The notes below the pieces were generated by a model, which saw only the letters and a program-made list of their open reading frames with translations, searched no databases and had not been told where the DNA came from. The translations under genes were made by a program, and so were the position numbers. Positions 36,832 to 49,700 of a DNA stretch of 64,000 nucleotides are shown here, piece by piece. Every line of letters starts with the position of its first letter. Positions within the stretch are counted from its first letter, which is position 1. The stretch is from contig JAQGDQ010000999.1 in assembly GCA_030141605.1 (NCBI GenBank), forward strand, positions 1-64,000. Reading direction: 5' to 3'. This DNA comes from Tubiluchus corallicola. Its lineage: Eukaryota > Animalia > Priapulida.

Positions 36832-39800
36832 GTAGGTATTTACAAGATTGGTACTTTTTTAGAAAGGGAATTAGTTTTTAAGAATTTTATCGAAACAATA
36901 TAGAATACATTCGATTCAATTAGGCCAAAATTTATGTGTACTGAAGAAATAAACAGTTCTTATAAAAGTTTATATGGTGGCAGGTCACTAGCTTGACTGT
37001 TCATGCAAGTTTATTTTTAAAAACCATTTGAAATCCAAACTAATTCAATGGTTCTACTATTTGTCTTGAGTGATGGTGAGACTCGTGAGAGTTTCTTTGA
37101 ACATCGTCACTGTATCCCCTTCACTATACTATATTTATATTTATTTGTTTATTTGTGGATGCCAAATTCATCAAAGCTGTCTAAAACAAGACTAAATTTT
37201 GCTGTCATGTCCAAAACTTGAATTTCGTTTTTGGTTCATTTGTTTGTTTTCTGTCCGATAAGAAAGGAGGGGCATTGTGTTAAACTAAATGTACCTAAAA
37301 GGTTGTCCTCGAACATCTGTCGTCCAATTTGGTGATTCCTGTATATAGTGAAAGAACAAATAAACAATAAATTGAAACTTCATCATGCATCTATTTACAA
37401 TTCCAGTCAACAGAAAATACAATTCATAATAAAAATCCTGTGAAAGTAAAGTAAAGTAAAGATACTAGTAGACGCCACAATAATAACAGTTTACAATTTC
37501 AGTATATCATTTTGGGAAAACTTACATTCCCTATAACAGCAACAAACTATACCCCTTTCCTATGGTGCACTTATTTGTGGAGAAAAGCTATTCTCTATAG
37601 CATTCGGTAGTGGGGAGAAACTTATTTGGGTTTTATGGTGACAAACAAAGTCATCATTTTTTGCTCAGCATAACAGTTTATTGTTTGTACACCATCTTCA
37701 CGTCACATGCCCCTTTGTCATTTACTTCATATCTGACACTGAGACGCCATTACGCAAAATCATACATTTTATGAAACAAGATATATAAATTCCTTTAATA
37801 AACTAATTCATTTCTTATCAAGAGATCGATTACGATTAAGTGAAATTAATGAGAGACTTTTAGTAAATAACTAAATAAAATTTACATACATCGTTGGCAT
37901 TAAATCGTGAGTTACACAGAAACACGTCATCACTTGAACACATTGAAACTTGAATGACCGGTATTTGACTACGATGCAAATATTGAAGCCAGATGTCGCC
38001 ACTTGTAACTGTAAAACGCTATATTAAATTTGACAAACAAAAATCCTTGAGAAAACCTGTGCTGTCTACTTTACTTCAGATCGGGTTTCTTTCAATCTCT
38101 TAATTTCTGCCTCGGTCTTTATACCAAGCCTTATTCATTCAACACATTAAGTAGCTAATGAGACACTTAGTTAAGGTTTCTATTTACATACTTGCACAAT
38201 AGAACTACAGAAATAATTATGTACATACTTTTGTAGATACTTCCTACAGTTACGTGAGGCAAGTGCTTAATTTGCTACTCGGAAACGTATTTCCAACAAA
38301 AGTATATGTTATTCTCATTGCGTTTCTTTTGATTGGAGAGCAGAGATAACTTTGGCCCATGTGAAATATATTTATTTGCAAGGTCATTCCGTTGCAATGA
38401 CTGCCCAGCATGCCTGCTTTAGCAAGGTCATTCCGTTGCAATGACTGCCCAGCATGCCAGCTTTAGTTGTGATTGCTTCTCAGGGTTGGTAAAGCGATTA
38501 ATGCCTTCTTTATTTTTTACATGTACATTTATAGAAATATTTGTCCTGTTCATTGCAAGTAGTTAGTCATGTGTAAATCATTGTACGAGGATATTACATG
38601 TTTTGGGATTGCAATTTACGTAGTTGATGCTTAGTCTTAGTCTTAGTCTTAGTCCTTCCCGTGCACGGATGCACATTGGGCAGACAGCATTTTCCACTGG
38701 GTTCTATCGGCGGCTTCTCTTTCGATGTTCTCCCATCGTCTGTTCATAGCCCGAAGGTCTTCTTTGAAAGATCTGCACCACATTGTTTTTGGCCACCTCT
38801 TTTCCTTTTTCCACCAGGTGGTTCCCAGCGTAACGCTATTTTGGAGGTATGGTAGGCGTAGAATATGTCCAGCCAATCTCAGCCTTCTCTCTGCTACTAT
38901 TTCCTGCAACCGCCTTGACTGCGCCTGCTGTAGGACTTCCACATTGGTAACATGGTCGCGATAGGATATTTTTAGGATTATCCGAAGACATTTACGGTGG
39001 AAGACGTCCAGTTTCTTTGATTTCGCTGCTGTGACTTTCCAGGTTTCGCTGGCATAAAGAGCCGTTGGCAGCACAATGGTTTTGTACAAACGACGCTTGA
39101 TTTTCTTGTCAATTTTCTTGCTTGCCCAGATTTTTCCCGTCTTCCTAAATACTGCTGCTGCTTTGCCAATTCTCACCGTGACGTCGCTTTCTGCGCCTCC
39201 ATCACAACTCATGACACTGCCAAGATATGAAATTAGGGACATGATAGTTGATGCTAGTTAGATGGAAATTAGGCAAAAATTAAAAGTGAGAGAAATATTA
39301 AGATATTATTTCAAAAACAACATTTAGTCATACCAACATGATAGTTGATAGAAATTGCTACACTATTATCTTCACTGCTAGTGATCCAGGATTTTCTACA
39401 CTTTCTGGAACTTAATCAGTTTTGCTACAATCATTGCGGCAATGATTTAAAAGCTTATAGAACAGTTAAAGGAGAATCAAAACCTTAACTCGTTATTAAA
39501 GGTAGTTTTTTTAAGATAAAAGTAACCAAGTTTTCTAACAAAAAAGAAGTGTCATTACTACACTTAGATATGTTCACATCAGTGCAGATAGGCAGCCAGA
39601 AAGAAGCTGCCCAAGAGGAGTTTTGTTAGCATATTGTACCATTCCTTGTGACACAGTATACAACATGCATCAGTAGTAGCCTACATAATTGTTAGTACAA
39701 TAATGTACTAATATTATTACGTATAATATATGCTAATAGATGTAACGAAGTTTCAATAAGGATTCAGAATTTGCTGTATAACAAAAGACTGTAATTTGAA

Positions 39801-42800
39801 TTTACACATCAATGTTTTCCTGATATTTGCTGCTAAAATTTACAATTACAACATAAACAACAGTACACCAAATCATTAACGTACACTTATCATTTATTCA
39901 TAAAACACTTATTATGTAGATGGGCACTAATCAAGTTTCGTCTTAATTACATTAATTATCTTACTTCCTGTAAGCCTGCTGCATCGTCGGATCGTAACTG
40001 TCCCAGGAAGCTTGCATGTTTACTGTCACCAGGTGAAAACATCACACATCCCGCCGACATGCAGGTACCTGCAACCCATCCATTACCAATCAGGATCTTC
40101 ACTGTTAACTTTCTGGCCAAGCACATATCGATACCATTGCAAGTTCGTAGCTTCTTTTCATATCTGTGCGGTGGGCGAGGTGATATGTTTTTACCGTTTG
40201 TTGTTTACATATAGCTGGGAGACACTTCGTGATTTTGCCAGAAGTACAGCAGGCTCTGAGCAAAGGCAAGCCAGTCGTGGCATTGGAGAGCACTTTGATA
40301 ACTCATGGAATGCCGTACCCTGAAAACCTCCAGTACGTTTACAACATTATATATATATATATATATATATATATCTATATCTATATATATATATATAATA
40401 TATATATAAATTTATATATGTATATGCATCTATAAATAGTGGATAAGGTTATGTACTCCATTTTGCTGTGCATGTAATGCACGTATTGAATGCACATGTT
40501 TTGCTGTGTGTCCGATTTGTATACAGTGAGTATAATGTTGTGTAGGTCTACCTGTGTTCTGCATGCTATGTGTGCAACATGTGCATTTTGTACTGTGTGC
40601 TGTGTGCAGTAAAGTTATAAACCTTGTTATGCCGTGTGGTGGAATGTATGTACTGCACAGAATTGTTGTGTACATCAGTGTGTTTATACAATCATACATG
40701 TAGCACAGTGGTTCCCAAAGTATGGGTAAATTACCCCCAGGGGTAACGGGGTTTTTTGGGGGGTAACGGGCACCCCTCTGAAAATTTTTAAAACTCCGCT
40801 CGGAATGCATTTTACGTAGTTTTCTTCTTGAAGAACGTGTGTTTACTTTTCGAGTTGGAGAAGTAGTACTAGGTGGGGGGTAATGGACACGACCGGGTTT
40901 CCCGATTTGGGTAACGGTCCGAGAAAGTTTGGGAACCACTGATGTAGCATATGCGATGTCTGAAAGTTTGTTGTGCTGGAAATGTTTGCAAAAACTACTA
41001 GCAACCACTAATTAGGTTTTAGGGACAACAAGGTTTTTGTCAGAAAATTAGGGTAGCTCGGAGGAAAACCGCTGACCTATAAAGTATACTGTTAATCATT
41101 TTTCGTTCAGCAAATAAAATTATAATTTAAGAGAACGTTGTGACAACGTAGCAACTAGTGACAACGATGTGATATTGATGATATAGATGATGTTGATGAC
41201 GAAAGTAATGGCCACGAAAATGACAGCGATACTAGTGGTTGTGATGGTGATGATGACGATGACGATGTCGATAACGCTGATCACTAAATTAGTAAGTATT
41301 TTATCTATTTTCAGGACGGCACAAGCTTTAGTGAGAATTGTTCGTGAAAATGGGGCAATTCCTGCAACAGTGGGAATTATCAATGGAAAGTTTCATGTAG
41401 GTGAGATAGCACATTGACATTTTTTTCGTCTGCTGATGCGGAGTTTACTTTACATCTACATCAAAAGTGCAAATCAATTGTGTTTTAATACATCACACAA
41501 AATGAAAAATGCAACGAAAGACTTCTTGTGGACTTGTCAAAGTTTTTTGAATTTTTACAAGAACTGGAATGACACGAAAAATTGCTGCAAATGTATAACT
41601 GTTGCAAATGTAGAGATATTGAAAGAGTTAAATGTTACACAGAACTACAAAAGTTTTCTATGTATATGTGGCAAATCACAAAGGAATTAGCATGTCAAGT
41701 TAACATGACATTTTAATGTAATTCGATTAGATAAGGAACATTAAACAACTTAAAAATAAAGGGGTAGTTTATCAGAACAAGGTGTATTGACATTAACGAT
41801 ATTTTGGCAGACTACTGCTCCGTTCATCGTGTTGCGTAGAATTGATCATATAGAATTCCAGAATGTCATTTAAGTGCAAAAAAGCAAAATAAACAAATAA
41901 CATCACACAACAAAATTGACTGATGGAATAGTTGCTATGGTAGACCGAAAAGATACCATTATTAGACATCTGTATTATACAGGCATTGAAATGCAATCAT
42001 TGCCAGAATTTGTATTACAATTAGTTGCAAATGTACATCTATTGAAACTTTGCTCTCTGTATAAATGTAAACAGATGTCAATTTTTGGAGTCATTTGCAA
42101 ACAAGTTCAACAACACGAACTTCGGTATTGATTGCATTTCAATGCCTGTAGAATACTGGTGCCTAATTGATAGGCAATGATTGTGTGTTTTTGATGTACT
42201 GTATCAACCATTCCGTTGTTCAATTTTGCTGTCATGTTATTTGTTTTTTTTTTTGTATTTTCCCTGTTTAAATGTCTTTCTGGAATTCTACATGATTAAT
42301 TTTATTTAATCTGACGAAGGGGGCAGCAGTTTTGCATAATTTTTAATACTAACAAACATCGTGATTAGTTAACTCTTTACCTTTATTACAATATACAACA
42401 TCATTCAACAAATTATTAAACATCTCGTTACACTGAATATTCTTTGCTGAAATCATTTTTTTGTGTATCATTTAAAAACAAGAAATACGATACCTCCATA
42501 GAGGAGACGGGCCCTTGCTGTACTTTTCTGAGTTATTTTTTATGAAAATTGTTTTATCTAGTATAGTTTCTTAAACTTGAAAATGGAGACCTTTTTCCTT
42601 TAATTTTCTTTGTATATTTCTGGCAGGTTTATCAAAAGCAGCGTTGGAGCTACTAGCGAAAAAGGAACATAATCCAGTCAAGGTGTCTATCCATGACTTG
42701 CCAGTAGTGGTTGCTCAGGTAGTGTTTTGACATAGTGCCCACTGTGACTGGGCCTTTGTTATATGAATAAAACTAAATTTATTTGTATTACTTGGTTCAT

Positions 42801-45800
42801 CTTTGTTACAGATGAGTGTTTATGCTATCGTAACAGTTTAAGTTCGTGCTGCGTTATTACAAGATACATAGTAATCAATCTCTGCCGTTTGATGCGGAAT
42901 TTATTCTAGTATATTTCTATAAAGTTTCATGTAGATCCATTTTGAATTGGCAGAGCCTTTAATTTTTTTCAAAAGTAGTGTTATCGTCGCCATCTTGAAT
43001 TTAAAATGGCGGTTTGAAAATCTGATTCCACCAATCGATGCAGAATTTGCTCTAAAGTTTGGTGTAGATCCATTTTGAATTGGCAGAGCCCTAAATTTTT
43101 TTCAAAAGTAGTGTTATCATCACCATCTTGAATTTAAAATGGCGGTTTGAAAATCTGATTCCACCAATCGATGCAGAATTTGCGCTAATATATTTAAAAA
43201 AGTTTCATGATGATTCAATGTGATTTGGTAGAACATTAGGATTTTTTGAAAATGATGTTTTGCCATCATCTTGAATTCAAAATGGCAGTTCTAAAATCCT
43301 ACTAGATCAGTCAGTGCAGAATTTGTTCTAGTTTTTTCATCTGAAGTTCATGACAATCCAATGCGAATTCACGGAGCCCTAGGCTTTTTTCAAAAAGTAT
43401 TCCCCACGAGGACAAGGACAACTAAGCGGGGAGGTCCCGAATACAAACCCGTGGCCTGATCCGATTCCGATCATTTTTACCCATTGCTGTTGGCCGATCC
43501 AATCTGAGATCCGGTATCAGACCTGACACGATGTGATGGTATTATAACTGCTGCAGCTGTTGTTTATGTTGTGATTGTGGGAAGTCAAAATAAAATATAA
43601 TTATGACATTAGCTTGAGAATAAGATGTCTTATTGACTTCTACTACAGTTATAATGATGACATTTTTGTCCTTCTGTAAAGTACTTATTGTGTACTAGTT
43701 TTGTGTTTATAGCTACTGTATCATCTTCTACTATAATAACATTATTATTATTATTATTATTTTGATTGAATGCATTAATATTAGGCCTATACATCATGAC
43801 ACCTTTGCAGCCGGGCTGCAGTGTAATTAGCACACTCAAGATGATTATAATAATCTCAACAAAAATAAACACATAACCACATAAAAGCATGTATAGAGAA
43901 GCGTAACGTAATCAGATTTTCATTTTGGTTGACATCATACTGAAGGGCAGACATATTAGCTATATTACATACCCCGTATTTGTGATGTCTGTCCCTCCGT
44001 ACGTCTTGGGTAAAGCAAAACCTGAGGTGAGCAAAGGCCAACTAAACGGAAAAATACTGCTAGTTATTATTAATACCGTTAGTTTATCTCTGTTAGGATC
44101 AATCAGCTTCCTATAATTGACTCAGTGACATATTTCACTCACGATAGCAATTGTTTTTTTAAACGCACATTAAATCAACTCGCGGTGAAAAAATAACTAG
44201 TGACAATTTTCATGGTAAGATACAGATGCGAAAGAAACATGTGATAGATTAGTAACAAGCTCACGGGCACAGAGTTTGAAATTGAAAATATTTGCATTTT
44301 CCACATATGAAACACCCACTTTAGTCAAACTCGTACGTTTTGCGGCTCAGTCAGCATTTAAAAATTGCATTACTTCTATGCGAATGGCATGGTGGGAATG
44401 AAATGAAATAATAACTTCAATTTTTTTGAAGAAATTGCTCAAATGAATGACTATAAGTGTTGAGTATGATCGCATTCATTAGACGCTAATACCAAAAGGC
44501 TCAATCAAAGTTTACTTCTGGTGTATTCAAAGTGAAAATTTATTTTATGGTAAAATATCTGCATTGCTATTGCCAATAATAGAACATATCGACCCGATAT
44601 TCGATTTGTTCTGAAATGCTAATTTACTTGCTAATCTCCGATTATTCATCGGACCGGCACATCCCTGCAACTAAACGAGTAGCGATTTGGGTCAAACGTA
44701 AATGATGTAACATTTTAGTTTTTCTCTCATAGAAGTTGTATGGCGGCACAACAGTAGCCAGCAGTATGTTTGCAGCATCTCTGGTAGGAATTTCCATATT
44801 CGTTACTGGTGGGATAGGAGGTGTTCATAGAGGTGCCGAAAAAAGTGAGTCATGCTTTCTTCGTTATTAGATTTGTGGATGCGCCCAATCCAGGCAAAGA
44901 AACGGCAAAAATCAGTATTGAACTGCGCGATAGACCTGCAATTTATTAAAATAATAGATCACAAAAAGTGCTTAAGAACGTGCTAAAGCTTATTACTATT
45001 TAGACAAAATGAAAAGTTAGATTTAAGAAGACTGAAACACAAATTATTACTTCATGATTCTAGAGATTTGAAGCAATTCTAACCAATTTAAACTACAAAC
45101 TAATTATTAAAGTAGATGGTGACTTTCATGTACTGGTGACAACTTTGGCTTGAAGATACAACTAGTGACTGTTAAATTGTAACAAAATAGACAAAGCAAT
45201 GCAAGTATCACCAAACGGCATGATCAGCATAGCGGCAACAGAAAATCTAACTACGTGTAAGAACAAGTGTGATTGATAGGTGGCGTATACTACTAAAGCT
45301 TAGGTCACATGACTAAGGCTGACTTCGTTTTAAACACTCAGGAAATGCATGTTTGTAAAAATGCGAAAAGAAAACAAATAATTATAGAATGCTAAATTAA
45401 ATTGCTTGACACCAACAATAGTTATAAATGTAGTAAAACTAATGCATTAATTAATTATTTATGGTCTTTAAGTTAATTGATTAGTGGTGGAATGAAATTT
45501 TTAATAACTGAATTTTTAAACGGAAAGTAAAGCAAAGGTAAGGAAATGAAAAAGTTGAGATTCAAGGCTTGATTTATAGCAGGAAGCGTTTGATTTTGTC
45601 ATTAAGTTAATATTGGTTTAAATAATGGTGCAATTGCATTTATATTATTTATCATATCAACGTTTAGATCATACGCTGTTTTTGTTGGCATCCTTCTGTC
45701 CCGGAAGATAATGGAATGTGCGCCAAGAGAGTCCGATCCTTGAACGTCTCCAGGGCGCATGCCTCGGCAAGGTGTATGGAGATCCTGAGTTGCCTAGACC

Positions 45801-46725
45801 GCAGGAACCCCTCTCTTCCTGCCTTATGTAGTCCAAAGGAAAGCGGAGCGATACGTATGGCACCAGGTTGGCTGCAGGAGCTGCCGGAGTCATTGAGCAT
45901 GCTGCACTGGTCCGCCTTCGGAGCTCCACTCCTGATTTGGAAGGTTTACTCCTCTACACATGGCCATTGGGTCACTTGACCTACTCCGCCCTGTAGCCGT
46001 TGGCTGCTTGTGCAGCTTCTTCGCCTAGTGTCGAGATACAGTGTGGGCATCCCGCAAGCCTACAGCACCTGGTATTCACCAGATCATACACATACACAAC
46101 ACAAAAGTCAAAAGCATTTTTGTCTTTATTCGTGTATATAGCGGGTCGTATTGTAGTCAAAATATATGACAAAACAGTTAAAAAAATTTGCTGTCCAGTA
46201 TAATTTGTCTAATATATTCCAAACAGTGTTACGTAATAATTTTTTTATTGTTTTCAGCTATGGACATTAGCGCTGACTTAGTACAGATGGGAAGAACACC
46301 AATTGCTGTTGTGTGTGCTGGTGTTAAATCCATATTGGACATTGGATTAACATTAGAGTATTTGGTAGGTTTAGTGTTTTCATTTCTAAGTTCAAAATTC
46401 AATGGCGCCGATGCTTTATTCTTACATATGCAGTTTATTATTTATTTTCATTGTTTCTTTAAGTATTAAGTTGAAAGTTGCGGTGCCTCTCAGTACATAT
46501 TATGATCTTTTGCTTACAATCTAACAAAAATATTAATTTTGCTGGTGTATGTTTGTATTGATGGATCAATCAATCGATCGATCGATCAATCAATCAATCA
46601 ATCAATCAGTCAGTCAGTCAGTCAGTCAGTCAGTCAGTCAGTCAGTCAGTCAGTCAGTCAGTCAGTCAGTCAGTCAATCAGTTAGTCAGTCAGTCAGTCA
46701 GTCAGTCAGTCAGTCAGTCAGTCAG

Positions 46726-46766
<41 letters not shown>

Positions 46767-49700
46767 TTATTTCACTCCAGAAATACATATACAATACATC
46801 AACGTACAATATTATTGAAACAAAAAGAAACAGTATAGGTTAAAAAAAACGTTGATGAAGTCAAATTAACCAAATAAGAGAGTTGCTGTATGACACCTTG
46901 AAAACTTGGCTTGTTAAGGTGGCAGAAATGAGTGAATGAAAGAATGGTTAGGGTTAATAGACATGATGGAATGGAAAAAAATAGTAAGATTAAGGATAGG
47001 AAGAAGGAAAAGAGGAGAAGAAAAAAAAAAGGTTTACTGATAATTTCTGAGGCTACAGCTCCAACGGCTGTGCCTTTCTCATTATTTATGAAGCAGCTAT
47101 TATATTTTTCCTACAAAAAGCACAGCACACGACAGCATTCACCTGAATGTGAATGTAGTTACAGCTGAACTGGCAGTAATGCTTGTTTAAAGTCAAACTA
47201 AACCCTCAATATAATATAAGCTTTTCTAAGAATCTTACTGAATAATAAGTCATAATGTCTGCAACAATTATCAATGTGCAAAGTAGACAACGATACTGCC
47301 TACTGTACACACGCTGTTAAGTTTTGCAACATTTTATTCTTGCACTTTGTCAGAAACTTAAATAATGCCTTATTAAATTTAGGAAACACAGGGAGTGTGT
47401 GTCGCCACCTATGGTACTGAAAAAGATTTTCCCGCATTTTTTGCTCAACGAAGTGACTATAAAGCCATTCACAATGTGAAAAATTCAGAAGAAGCGGCCA
47501 TGCTGATTGGTGAGCGTTTAGAAAAAGATCTACTTTTTTTTAGACTGCTATGTTTGTGTTTTGTAATAAGAGGAAAATACTGCTTAATGTCAAGAGTTGG
47601 AATAATTAATAGAAAGAGAGATTAACAGAGGAATGATTAGTAGAAAGAGAGATTACAAAGGAATGATTAGTAGAAAGAGAGATTAACAGAGGAATGATTA
47701 GTAGAAAGAGAGATTAACAGAGGAATGATTAGTAGAAAGAGAGATCAACAGATGTTTTTCATTAAACAATCTTGTGGCAAAAGAAAAAGACAAAAAGAAT
47801 GCAGAATATTGCAAACTACATATTTTTTTGTTTAGTTGCTATTCGGCATTCATTCCTACTATTAGTTATTACTTATTCTTTTTGTGCTCTGGATTCCGTA
47901 TTTTATTAATGAACGTGTTCTTTCCCTTGTGATTTTGTGTGCTAAATTAATAAATTCTTCATTGCAAAATTTTAAAAAAATTCGGTTGCATTTTTTTTGG
48001 CCTAAAGGTAGGTTAACAGTTACTGGACTGAAATGGAGAGCCTTTGTGGAGGTTCTTTTTTTGATATGAAGTTCAATTGTAGTTGTTGTCACTGGCTTAC
48101 ATTTATTGATCTACGGTACTTTATTTTTCACTGCATTTATCAGCGAACAAACTTAATATCCATTATTCCATTCACATGATGCTATGCTATGATGAAATGT
48201 TTCTGTGCAACAGGAATTGCAATGAACTTTTTACTATTTTTTACAGATGCCTCGTTGTCACTGGGTTTGAATCGTTCGGTCCTAATAGGAGTGCCGATAC
48301 CTAAGCAATTTGCGGAAACGGGCCGTGAGGTAGAAGACGCAATTCAGATGTCACTCGTCGAAGCAAAGTATGTGAAATAGACACGTACTTTTGTCTCGTA
48401 GATTGCAGGAACTTTAAGCTTTCTTAACAGATTTCTTCTGTTTTAGATCCTTTTATCATAAGTGCTATATATATTTTACTAAAGTTCAGTTCAGAAGGAT
48501 GAACAGAGGCATATTAACCAATAGGCAAACTAGGCTATAGACTAGGGTGCCAAAGTTTGAGGGGTGTCATATTTTAGAAAAAATTCTTATTACCTATTCA
48601 TATATTTCATATTCATGTAAAGGGCGCATTTTATAACGCACCACAAACAGTTACAGAGAGCGGCGTTTCTATAAGTGCCACATAATGAACAGGTACAAGG
48701 TATTACATAACAAGCAGCTGCGCAGTCTGCTTGAATGTAAGTGCTATGCAAATACGTGTAATTAATGATGACCACGTACAAACTAGGTTAATAGTGTTTC
48801 TAAGACACCACAAGTAATTGTTTAATTTGCTCATTACATAAACAACCATAAATTCACAATAGAGATGGGACAAAACTGTCAGCCTAGGGCATCGTAAAAT
48901 CTTGATATGCCCCTGGGATGAATGGTCAACTGTTCTTTCATGGTGCATTTACATTAGTATATATGTATTTGTTTACATATGTCCTCTTAATTAATACTGT
49001 AAATTCCCACTCAGTCACGCTCCATTTAGTAATGATTTATTTTAATGAAACAAGTTTTGGCCTTTACATTTTTTGACTGGCGTTTTGTTTTAATGACGAA
49101 TTCTTGCCCGTAGTTACCCTGAATGTTATTTACTGTGCTGTTGCATTACAACAAAGCACTGCTAGGGTAAATTTAAGCTATTATATTTAGCTGTCAAACT
49201 CACATATAGTGTTGCCTTGCTACTTCGCGGTTCGTTTATCACGGACTCGCTGTTTCGCGGATTTTGAAAAATATTAATGTAAAATATTTATCGCGGTATT
49301 TTCGCTGTTTCGCGGGTTTTTGCGGTACTCCGTCTAAAGTATTTTTGCACATGCGTAGTACGTATTGTACAGTAATGTATAGATTTGCAGTAAATAGTGT
49401 ATTTATTCGGCGGATGAATACACACCAAAAACGAAATGTAGTACTTGCGCCCGCTTGAGATGCTACTTGCCGACATGAGATTGTACACAACACACGATTG
49501 GTTGATTGATGGAGACTTATAAAGACTTAAAATAATGAATAACTACTAAATAAGTATAGCGTCCGTACTGCTTCGCGGAAATTCACTTATCGCGGGTGGA
49601 CCTGGAATGGAACACCCGCGATAAGTGAGGGAACACTGTACTTCTATATAAACATGGTTTATTGCTAGCTCTTGTCTGTGTGCACGAAAAGCAAGGCTTC

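Noticed and set aside
46549-46818. SVSQ-repeat ORF
   Set aside because: Translation of the (CAGT)n/(CAAT)n retroelement tail
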